This document shows positions 53,258-64,000 of a DNA stretch of 64,000 bases, in pieces (within the stretch, counting starts at the first letter, position 1; every line of letters starts with the position of its first letter). The stretch is from Eledone cirrhosa (taxonomy: Eukaryota): contig OZ024743.1 in the NCBI GenBank assembly GCA_964016885.1, forward strand, positions 288,982,001 through 289,046,000, written 5' to 3'. Made by a program: the position numbers and the translations under genes. The notes beneath the pieces were generated by a model. It made no database searches, was not told where the DNA came from, and was given only the letters and a program-made list of their open reading frames with translations.

Positions 53258-55550
53258 AGATGGATCGCCTTTTTCCACGACCAACGTTTAAAAGGAAATT
53301 TCTATACTAAGGAACATAACAATTTTGATCATTTATTTAACTTTAGAATAAATCCTCCTTTCAACAAAAATCTAGCGCAGTTTGAGGAAGAATTAACTAA
53401 TATTATAAGAGGTCTTAAATTCAAGAGAAACCCTTATAGAGGACAGGAGCACCTTATAAATCTCAGGAATACGATTTAGGACCTTAATTCCTCTAAAAAT
53501 GTCTTAGTCCACTCCGACAAAACTAATAATTTATATGGCGTATCTAAAGATAAGTATAATAACCTTATCCTTAAGGAACTAAGGAAGAATTATCGTAAAA
53601 CTAACCACGACAATTTTGAATCTATAAACTTGGAAGCTTCTGAGATTATGTCTAAACTTGGCCACGAGAAAAAGACCGAACCATTCTTCCCAAGAACTCC
53701 GCGGATAAAACTCAAGGATCATAAAAGTAACGTTCGAACGGAACTGCCTGTTAGACTAATCGCCCCCTCTAAATCAGATCTGGGGGTATTTAGTAAATCC
53801 ATCTTCCATAGAATTATCCCACAGGTTCGTTCTAATTGCTCTATTTCTAACTTAAATTTATGGATTGGTACATCTGAAGTAATTGGTGGGTTCAATGACC
53901 TGAATAATAAAAACAAACAAAAATTTATTCAGTTTGACATTGCCAGTTACTATTCTTCTTTTTTGCCTTCACTCCCCAACAACGCTCTATCTTTCGCATT
54001 TAAATATTCTGACATTATCATAGATGAACTTTACATCATTTTCACCGCAAGAAAAAACTATCTTGGAATTCAACAATGAATATTGGACTAGAGCTGATAC
54101 TTCCAACAATTTTGATATTACAATGGGTGCGTCCGATTCATCGCAACTGACGGACTTAATTGGTATCTTTATTTTGAATTCTTTAAATCGGAAAATTCCT
54201 CAACTTCGCGGTGGAATTTATCGTGACGATGCCCTTTTTACTGTCATAAACTGTAACTTAGTTAACCTTAATATTATTAAGAACAATATACTTGATCTAT
54301 TTAAGCACCATAACCTTAAAATTGAATTTGATAACAACGTCAAACTAGCTAACTTCCTGGATATATCCCTTAATCTTGACCCTGGCCTATATTACCCTTA
54401 CCATGAGAATCTAAATTATGTTGATTTAAAATCTAACAACTCCACTAACATTAAAAATGCTATAGTCAGTAATATTAAAAAAAAAATCTCAAATCTATTC
54501 TCTAATAAAGTTATCTTCGACGCTAATGCTAATTACTATAATAATGCGCTTTCCAAAGCCGGTTATCCTGATAAAATTAAATACAGTAAAGAAACCAATC
54601 ATCGAAGGACTTATAGTAAAATAATTAATTATGAACATTCCAATAACTTAAATAAAAGACCTAGATAGAAAAATACGATTTGGTATAACGCTCCTTTTTC
54701 TCTATCTATTACTAATAATATTCCTAAACTATTCTTTAGGGCCTTAGATAAATGCTTCGCTCTCTCGCATATCTATAGTAAGATCTTTAACAAACATACA
54801 ATCAAATTCTCTTATTCCACCACTTCCAGCATCTCTAACATTATCTCTAAACACAATAATAAAATATTAAATAATAAATTATATCCATCCAACACTGAGC
54901 GTCATAGTAATAGCAATAGTAATCCCGCCGTCAATGTTAACTCTAGGCTAGATTCAATAAATTTAAATACGACGTTAAACGTAACTTCGATGAATGTTCA
55001 TAACATCAATCTAAATCAGGAAAATATAGTTCCTATCGTAAATAACTTCTCCAATCCAATTCCTTCTTTAAATAATACTAGGTCACTTGTTAATAACTCT
55101 GTTAATTTCTCTAATCGAAATTGTAATTGCCCTGTTAGAACTAAATGTCGTCTTAATAAACAATGTCTTGATCAAAACTTAGTGTATGAATGTAAGGTTA
55201 TATCTGGTACTAATTATTTTACCTATTTTGGTACTACGTCCACTTCTTTTAAAGCAAGATTTTATAATTACAGATCGTCTTTTAAATACCAACTTAAAAG
55301 AACTAACACGGCACTCTCGGAACTCATATGGTCCTTAAAAGACAAAAATATTAACTATAACATCTCTTGGAGGAAGGTTTGCAACGCCTTTCCTTACCGG
55401 AATTCTTCCCTATCCAGAACATGTAATCTCTGCCTAGCCGAGAAATTTACCATTATATCTAATTTTAATTCTATAATAAATAGATGTACGGATTTATTTT
55501 CGCTCTGCTTGCATAAATCCCATAAAACTTTCCATAAAGTATACAGCTAA
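53252..55550 (+). pseudogene. PLE polyprotein: RT + CxCx5Cx5C linker + GIY-YIG endonuclease; one frameshift (~54050) and one TAG (54666-54668)
   Basis: RFRWIAFF...PP...FEEEL; SDKTNNLY; KLKDHK...PVRLIAPSKSDLG; FDIASYYSS; FDITMGASDS; GIYRDDAL; NFLDISL; IWYNAPFS; CNCPVRTKC; LVYECKV..YFGTTSTSFKARF; CNLCLAEK; CLH. Confidence 0.92.
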
Positions 55551-56549
55551 TATCTCAATACCTAATTAGTTTAAAATCTTCTTTTCTCAAACACTTTTAT
55601 ATCTTTTACAAATATACCCATCTTTCTACCTTATTTCAGTATATTATATTATACAATTTACTCGTTCTATGTTGTTAGAGGTCCCCTATCTTTCTTCTTT
55701 TTATCCTTTATCCTTTCTTCCTTTTTGCTTTTTTAATTTCTAATCTTTAATCTGTAACTTCTACTTCTCAATTACTTCTTAATTCATATTATTACTCACT
55801 ATGACGTTTCCCATTTTTCCATTTTTCCTTATATTATTGGCCATAGAAAGTATATCTTTTTTAATATATAATAATATTACCATTAGAACATTTTGTAAAC
55901 ATATATACTTTTTGACGTTAGATATTTTTTCTTCCTTAAATTTTCTTCTTTCTTCTCTACTTCCGTACAGGCATTAAACATATTATTTACTTTTACATAT
56001 TACAATACATAAAATCAAACTTAAACCCTAACTAATTCCTCTAAGTTCATAATTCATTCAATCTCTCCTTCCTTCATATTATATCCTTAATATCCTTAAT
56101 ATTTTTATTTTAATAATACATATTAATAAATTCTTTTTTTCGCAAATATTATTAAACCCTTCAATATACTACCCTTAAATAAATATATTCCTTGTTCTTT
56201 ATTCATAAACATCACCATTCATAAACCTCATTAACTTTTAATTTTCAATTCTTTTTAAATTATCCATTATCTTTCAACGGTTTTTTAATTTCTCTCTGTG
56301 AGACAATGTTTTCTCAGTTGTAAAGGCTATTTCTCTCTTTCTATCACTAATTTCTCCTCCTCTCCCATCCTTCCTTCTTATACTCCTCTCCCGTCATCCT
56401 TTATTTTATTTTTTCCTCTTCCTTACTTTTTCCTACCCCCCCCCCCCTTTTTTTTCCAGTCACATATTTCCATCATACTTTAATTTTCATATGTTGATTT
56501 CACGGTTCACTGCTCGCAAGTGTTTTTTAAGCTTCATATCATGTCTCCC

Positions 56550-56617
56550 TATTTTATCTGATGAGAACGCAAATATCCCATGATAATATTTGTTTTTGAA
56601 ATGCGCATAATAAAATA
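56550..56617 (+). ncRNA. Type I hammerhead ribozyme in the 3' pLTR of the Naiad-type PLE
   Basis: 8-bp stem I TATTTTAT (56550-56557) / ATAAAATA (56610-56617); CTGATGA 56558-56564; GAAA 56598-56601; stem III AU-GCGC-AU; AUA cleavage after 56609. Confidence 0.82.
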
Positions 56618-56647
56618 CTTGGAACTCTTTTAACCATCTTTTGATCT

Positions 56648-56689
<42 letters not shown>

Positions 56690-56741
56690 GATGTAAAATA
56701 AGAAAATTTTAAAAATTAAAAATTAACTTACTAAAATGTTC

Positions 56742-56823
56742 ACTCCAACTAATTAGTTTCTGTAATGGGATAAAGATAGTTACGTAATGTAACTGTCGAG
56801 AATTCATTACGTCATCAGGGAGT
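56742..56823 (-). ncRNA. Type I hammerhead ribozyme with branched stem II (separate family)
   Basis: Minus strand: ACUCC-CUGAUGA-C-GUAAUG...(GACAGUUAC-AUUAC-GUAACUAUC)...CAUUAC-A-GAAACU-AAUU-AGUU-GGAGU. Confidence 0.72.
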
Positions 56824-56930
56824 CTATTCTCAGCTAAGTCTCCAGGCAATGCGCGGACACTAGGGACTCATATAAAAATAATAATAATTCGGTGGATGGA
56901 AAAAGTTCACTGCCTCTGGTCAAATGGCAG

Positions 56931-56993
<63 letters not shown>

Positions 56994-57772
56994 CTATACG
57001 CGAAACAATAACAACCAGCCATTATTGGGGAGACCACTCTCTTATACCGTGCTACGGTGTGTAATCTTCAATAGTAAAGTAAACATTGATGTTGTAGGAA
57101 TTCTTCTTCAGCAACGTCCTTCGGCTCGGTCAGATTCCTTCCAGACTGCTGAAAGAATGATGCCTTTATAATCTATTTCAACTCTGAATTATGATACGTT
57201 TCTCGATCGGGGAATGCTATTCATATATGTTCGATTATGTCTAGATCTCTTCCAATGTAATGACACCAGAAGTTCTCAAACAAGCAGCATACATCTAAAA
57301 TACAATTCCGTTTCGAAACACATTAGAGCAACAGCTCTTCTAAATCTCTTCTCTCAGAGATATAGCAATTACATTGAAGTAGCCGACAAACTGTGTCGTA
57401 GTTTGAATCCAACAGAACATGTGGGTAATTGATAAAGTGGATTCAAATTTAACTTTATAGGAAAGAATAGTGAGAGATAGGGAGAGTTGGAGAGACGGAG
57501 GAAGTGATAGTGGGAGTCTAGTGTCATTGTGTTCGGACCTGGTCTATATGTATATATTTATTTACCGCACCACATATTACATCTTAAATGGTTGGTTATG
57601 GTTTGCAGAAGATTTGACTTGAAATTCAGACAGACAGCATTTTTATCAGAAGTCAACTGGGTTTAAAGAGCCACCAATATACATACACATACTCTTTAAA
57701 GTATTAAATACTTTGTTTTCCGCAAAACTCGTTCTAATGTACAAAACACAGGTATGTATGTATGTATGTATG

Positions 57773-57803
<31 letters not shown>

Positions 57804-57866
57804 TTAAGGAAATGAAAACACAAACACAGGGTTGCAAAATAGTCTTATTAATATCATGTATATGTT

Positions 57867-57908
<42 letters not shown>

Positions 57909-58065
57909 TATATATATATATATGTGTGTGATGTATATATATGTGTGTGATGGTAGCTAAGATGCTTACATCGGTGGTATGCCGGTTGAGCGCTCTATGC
58001 TCTTACAGAGCAGAGTATGATAGAATAGAAAACGAAAAGTCTGATGCATCACTGATTTTTCGTTT

Positions 58066-58069
<4 letters not shown>

Positions 58070-58132
<63 letters not shown>

Positions 58133-58144
58133 TCTCTTTCTCTC

Positions 58145-58242
<98 letters not shown>

Positions 58243-58308
58243 TTGATATATATATATATATATCAATAACTATATATATATATTTATTAATTTATATATA
58301 TATATATT

Positions 58309-58406
<98 letters not shown>

Positions 58407-58432
58407 CATGCGCGTGTGTGTGTGCGTGTGTG
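58070..58432. repeat. Compound (CT)n-(TA)n-(TG)n microsatellite
   Basis: Direct reading. Confidence 0.95.
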
Positions 58433-60452
58433 GTTGTATGTATACAGAAAAAAGACAGAGACCGGGATAGTTAGATAGATAAATAGGGTCGAAAAGAGAA
58501 AGAAAGAGAATGAGAATGTGTAAAGTACTCTGAATTTTTGACTCCCCCTACCTCAATTTAATTCTCTCTCTCAAATCCCTTTCCATCTTTGTTCACATTT
58601 TCCTTGGGTAAATCTGTCAGTCTGTTTGTCGATTTCTTTTCCTTACAGTCTTTCTATTCTGAAAGGTCAAAATTCAACTTTCCTAACACCATTGCTCCAA
58701 CCTGCCTTTTCACCCACCTCTGTCCAGATATATCATATTTATATAATATTGTGCATTATACAGCCTGAATGTGGATGTTTCAGTGGCAACACGATAGTAT
58801 TTTAGACTGACCACCCCTTTTTTCCCATTTTTCCATCTCAACCAACATTACTAACCACCAAACATAAATACAGTAGCGGCCACAACAAGAGTAACAAGAG
58901 ACATCAGTAGCAATAATGAAGGTGGTGCCGATTAAAACGATGATGTTGAGGATAATGGCATCGAAATCAAAAACCAAAAGCTATAACCACAACAACAGCA
59001 ACAACAATATCATGAAAACCAAAGCCAAAACATCATGATCATCCATATCAATAACAAAAACATTAACATCAAGCATCATAATCATTTGAATAACCCGGCT
59101 TAGTTTTAGGAGCAAAAGGTAAAACTATTCATATGAAAATCCTTTAATTTGATCCGAAGTTAATTTTTGACATAATAGTCATAGATTCCAAGAACGTTAA
59201 TTATCACCTTTTGGCCTTCTCCAATAATGGTTAGTAGTCGGTTTTATCACAGTTTGCCAGTCACGATGTCGGCCCGTCTCGTTAGCCTCGTTTTCGTATA
59301 AGCAATCAGTGAAAAATGTCTGACGTAGGTTAATTTCACTATAGAAACTGTCATGGCGACAGTACAATAATTCAACTTGGAAAGATATCACTTTAAACTG
59401 ATAGTCAGCGAGATGGATTTCATTAGCAAAACCGGCAATTCTCGCTGGACAATGGCCATTTAATAGAAATTGGTCTAAATGAATTCTGAAGTGTGTGTGT
59501 ATTAGTTTGTTTTGTATTATTCCGCTTAGCTTTCGCTACTAACTCAGCTCTGAGGTGAGACAGTCTGGTACAGCTTAATCGTAGGGTGGCGTTGTCTAAA
59601 GTGGCGTAGTATGGTATTTTGTGGTATGGTCTGATGTGGTCTGGCGTGATATTGTATCGTGTGGTGTGGTTTGGTATGGGTGTTGTGTTGGCGTGAGGTA
59701 GTGTGGAGATTATAGTCCAACCTGGCCATGGTTGCGTGTGCGGAGAAGTCAAGACTGGTGTGGCATAGCCTGGCAAGATGATATTAAGCGGTGTGAGGTG
59801 GTTATTAGTGGAGTATGTTGCTAAGGTGAATAAAATTTATATCACGAGAGAAACGAAAACAAAGCGAAACGAAAGAAAATAAATAAAAGGAAAGACACCG
59901 AAAGCTGATTGAATATATTTCATAGTTTTAAAATGACTAATATTAAACTGACCAGCCGCTTTTATACATTAACGTTCACACACAGCATACATCCACATAG
60001 AGTGCATGTATGCCAACTCTTATATATGTATGAATATGACTATCTCTAAAATAATTATGAAAAGTGTGTTTCCTTGTAGGCTGACCGATAATAACTCTAA
60101 AAACTAGGAGCACATTAAAGATTTTTGTATGTTTTTAAGCAATCTGATCCCCGACATGCTCGTCATCGAATGTTTCTCCGGAAACAGAATGGGTTGGGGG
60201 ACGAGATGAGGAAATTTTACTCCTCCTTTTATCACATACTGACTCTTTAGAGGTATTATAGAGCCGTTTCTGTCTGTCAGATATATGTGTATATATATAT
60301 ATATATATATTGTTATACTTTGGGAGGGTCATGTTGCCAATAAGAAACACACGCACCAGTTGCTTTCACTTCAATTTATTATATATTTATAAATTTACAA
60401 ATTTATAAATTTCTGGTTGGTTGGTTCCACAACCAGATAGTTGTTTATATAT

Positions 60453-60497
60453 AGTCATAGTTCTTTCGTCACACACTCTGTGACCTCTTCAGTGACT
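60453..60497 (-). ncRNA. Type I hammerhead ribozyme
   Basis: Mirror of 60619-60663. Confidence 0.72.
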
Positions 60498-60618
60498 GGG
60501 GATTTCTTTCTTTGTTTCTGTGCCTCTCCTTTGTTCTGTCCTACGCCATTTTGTTTCAGAAACAAAATGGCGTAGGACAGAACAAAGGAGAGGCACAGAA
60601 ACAAAGAAAGAAATCCCC

Positions 60619-60663
60619 AGTCACTGAAGAGGTCACAGAGTGTGTGACGAAAGAACTATGACT
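60619..60663 (+). ncRNA. Type I hammerhead ribozyme
   Basis: Stem I AGUCA/UGACU; CUGAAGA; G-GUCAC-AGAGUGU-GUGAC; GAAAG-AA-CUA (very short stem III); cleavage after 60658. Confidence 0.72.
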
Positions 60664-60888
60664 ATATATAAACAACTATCTGGTTGTGGAACCAACCAAC
60701 CAACCAGAAATTTATAAATTTGTAAATTTATAAATATATAATAAATTGAAGTGAAAGCAACTGGTGCGTGTGTTTCTTATTGGCAACATGACCCTCCCAA
60801 AGTATAACAATATCGGTTTCAACACACGATTTCAGATAAAGAATCTTGCTAAACAAATTCAGAAACGAAATATATATATATATATATA

Positions 60889-61200
60889 TACTTTGGGAGG
60901 GTCATGTTGCCAATAAGAAACACACGCACCAGTTGTTTTCACTCCAATTTATTATAAATTAAATTTATAAATTTAAGAATTTATAAATTTCCGGTTGGGT
61001 GGTTGGTTCCACAACCGGATGGTTGTTCATATATTGTCCAGGTTCTTTCGTCACACATTCTGTAACCTCTTCAGTGACTGGGGATTCTTTTCTTTGTTTT
61101 GTGCCTCTCCTTTGTTCTGTCCTACGCCATCTTGTTTTGTGTGTATTGTGTGCTTAGTTTGCGCATGTGTTACAAAACAAAGAAAAGAATCCCCAGTCAC
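60889..61200 (-). mobile_element. Third, more diverged copy of the 60307 family with a short terminal inversion
   Basis: Same orientation as and similar to 60316-60555; 61172-61200 (AAACAAAGAAAAGAATCCCCAGTCAC) is an inversion of 61074-61099. Confidence 0.85.
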
Positions 61201-62258
61201 TTTCAACTTTTTGATCTCCTAGGTTGGTCAGTATTAAGTGAAAAACTGCGTTTTTTAAAGCTTTTTAGGTTTTTTTTTAGGCGTTACGTCAGACCGATTT
61301 CCTTGAAATTGTAACTATGTATTAGTCAATCTCTTCTTCATACCGTGAGCAAAGAAAATCCAACTTTTTTATGGCCTTGGGCTTGCATTAGGTGAAAAAC
61401 TTCATTTTTTCAGCCTTCTAGGGCTTTTTGGAGGCGTTACGTCTAGCGAATTTTCCCGAAATTTCAAGGCATATTATGCACATAAAAAAAATTTATTTTC
61501 TTGATCCCCTAGGACTCGCATTAGGTTAAAACCTCCATTTTTCCTGCTTCATCGAGGAAAATCTTAAAGATTATCCAGCCATCAGAGTATTCGGTTTATT
61601 TTCTTTACATATTGTCCAGGCATGCAGTTTTTCCACGATTAGATCTGTTGGCAGCCCGCGTTCCAAAATACCTTATCCCGTGCAACGCCGGGTACCACTG
61701 CTAGTTAATAATAATACTCGATTCGTTTGCAATTATGTAAACAAGCCTCAATTTTAAAGCCATGTCAGTAGAATGAGCTCATGCATGTTCTATATCAACA
61801 TGTTGGCATGTAAACAGAACTGCAGACACTCATGTTTCTGGGTATCATCCTTCATCAGTAAAGCTCACTGTTCACCTGCCAGCTGTCAGAGTTAGGGGAA
61901 ATATATGCTATTTTCGAAAATATACAGTGACTGATCGGCCTGATATGCATATAAGCAGACTGGCTGATCAGTCAGATCTGTATATTAGTAGATCCACTGA
62001 TCAGCCAAATTTGAATATCAGAGGACTGCACAGTCAGTTTCCTTTATACGAGCGATCAATGGCCGGCTTTGCCACATTCAAATAAAAAAATGTTAGCTCT
62101 ACATGGCTGAATACAATAAATGTAATCTGAGTTTTTCGAATATTTATAATAATATTCCAACTGTCAAAGCTAGTGAAACTATATGGTATTTTCGAAAAAA
62201 TACAGTGACTGATCGGTTTGAGTTACATATTTATATATATATATAAATATATATATAA

Positions 62259-62374
<116 letters not shown>

Positions 62375-63252
62375 ATATATGTATATCTGTGTGATGTTGA
62401 CGGACGGGCGTGAGAGTACACAATACAATTCTTTGTTTTGCAGATCAAAGAGACGGATGGGCAAGCGTAATCATTGAGAATGTTACACGCTGGATCTTAG
62501 GGAACTTTCACGGGCTCCTCTTTTCTGTAATTATTCGGGCCGTCACTGGTCCATTCTCGTTGTGACCTTTTCTGAAGCCTCCAAAAAGTTCATCGGCTCC
62601 GCCTCTTCCTCCTTGCACATATAGTAAGATAAATAAACAATTAACCTGAAAAAGGGGAGCCAAGAATCAAAAGATGGCTTTTCAGAAATAGGTCTGCCTG
62701 GAGTGCCTGATGTTTTATAGGACATAGCATTATCTAAGTTAAGATTCAGATCCAACAACGTGTGAAGAATGAATCATGGAATAAATGAGTGAATGATGGA
62801 ATGAGTGAACATTAGACTGACAAGCAAAGAATGGTTGCATTTTCTGCACATTTCATGTACCGTAGACCTACATGCATGGATGATACTGATATCCTAAGTG
62901 TTAGTTTCACACGGGTGGCGACCGATAAAGAGAAATAATAATAAATACATAAAACAACAAAGAAGATGTTTAAGGAGTTAATTGTAACAGTGAGAAGCAC
63001 ATCCGGGGTGGCAGACAAGCTTGATGTAGGTAGTTAGAAGGAGAGAGAAAGAAAGAGAGAAGAGAGCTGGCGCGAATGAGGTGGCTGCAGACTCATTTGC
63101 AGCATGTTTTATAACATTAGCAGAACTAATGATTTACACTGTGATGTCTATATTTTTTCAACAATACCACTGATTAAGTGAGCTCATGCATGTCTACATG
63201 GTTGTTTCTCTGTGTGCATGTTCTATATCAACATGATATTCATGCAGATATA

Positions 63253-63333
<81 letters not shown>

Positions 63334-64000
63334 GTATATATATGTGTGTGTGTGTGTGTGTGTGCGTGTGTGTGTGATCCTAGTGGAATACATCTGCTAA
63401 ACCAGTTAATTATATAAATATAAACGATTACTTATCATAACCATAACTTAACTAGGCTTGTGTTGATGAATTCGTCAGATCAACTCTCTCCCATTCCTCC
63501 CCTCTCTCTCTCTCTGTCTCTCTCTCTCTCTCTCCTGTCTCCTCTCTCTATCTCTCTCTATATATATATATATATAATATTATGCCCTAAGCATGCTAAG
63601 CAACCGAAGGGTACGATGAATTTATATTTTTATATGTATTTTATAGAGGTAATAGATATTGCATTAATACGTTCAGTATTCAGACAGCGCGCCGGGCCAA
63701 TTTCACGTTTATCACTGTTAATTAAAAAAAAGAAAAACATTAAATATTTTCATTTGACTTTTCGAAATATTTGGGTTCTCACCAGAATATACGTATAATC
63801 ATCCAACAGAACCACGTGGAAATAGGTAACTGATCGGTCTATGGACATTATGGTTTATAGTAGTATGACAGAAATCGGCGTAATAATTTACGTATTATTA
63901 GAACTTTTGTTCCTTGCTAATTAGGGAATATATTAAATTGTGCGCTAAGTAGCCGATGAATACGATGAATATATTCTTTTCATTGTACTTGCTCGATGAG

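Larger units (their letters stand above)
51000..56653 (+). mobile_element. Naiad-type Penelope-like retroelement with a ~2.2-kb inverted 5' duplication
   Basis: 51088-53257 is the reverse complement of ~54491-56653; RT + GIY-YIG ORF on +; hammerhead near each outer end; (TA)n flanks. Confidence 0.92.
60307..60871. mobile_element. ~507-bp near-perfect palindrome (arms 60307-60557 / 60559-60813) of a non-coding hammerhead element, plus 58-bp tail
   Basis: Centre GTTTC-A-GAAAC at 60558; the arms appear to differ only by one CCAA unit; (TA)n on both sides. Confidence 0.9.
60043..61704 (+). mobile_element. Probable non-autonomous Helitron, interrupted by hammerhead fold-back elements (60284-61200)
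   Basis: 3' end CCCGTGCAACGCCGGG hairpin (61677-61692), 8 nt, CTAG (61701-61704), then T; candidate 5' end A|TCTCTAAAATAATTATGAAAAGTGTGTTT; diverged internal tandem subrepeats at 61205-61545. The 3' end is better supported than the 5' end. Confidence 0.6.

Noticed and set aside
54666-54668. In-frame stop in the Naiad-type ORF as possible selenocysteine recoding (reported for some Naiad elements)
   Set aside because: The codon is TAG, not TGA, and is TAC (Tyr) in the inverted copy, so it is a simple nonsense mutation; the Cys motifs use normal codons.

Overview
AT-rich eukaryotic, animal-type genomic DNA, probably a coleoid cephalopod (octopod); this is inferred from a tRNA-derived SINE that resembles octopus repeats. 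No host gene is confidently recognisable, and most short ORFs in the track are microsatellite artefacts. The window is mostly transposable elements and microsatellites. Main elements: (1) the 3' part of an R4/Dong-type RT+restriction-like-endonuclease retrotransposon ending on (TAA)n; (2) a CR1-like LINE interrupted by a complete 2.27-kb Buster/Charlie-type hAT transposon (15-bp TIRs, 8-bp TSD); (3) a near full-length, decayed L1/Tx1-type element next to (TATC)n; (4) a Naiad-type Penelope-like element (PLE; RT + GIY-YIG) with a ~2.2-kb inverted duplication; (5) fragments of RTE, CRE, Dong-like and other PLEs, a probable non-autonomous Helitron and several SINEs. The most striking signal, invisible in the ORF track, is a dense set of type I hammerhead ribozyme motifs. 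I count 13 well-formed copies from 8 unrelated sequence families, plus several half-ribozymes. Most lie in short non-coding fold-back elements in or beside (TA)n/(CA)n tracts. Two families look like ~300-320-nt retrozyme-type monomers, and two use a compensatory U3-A8 catalytic core.
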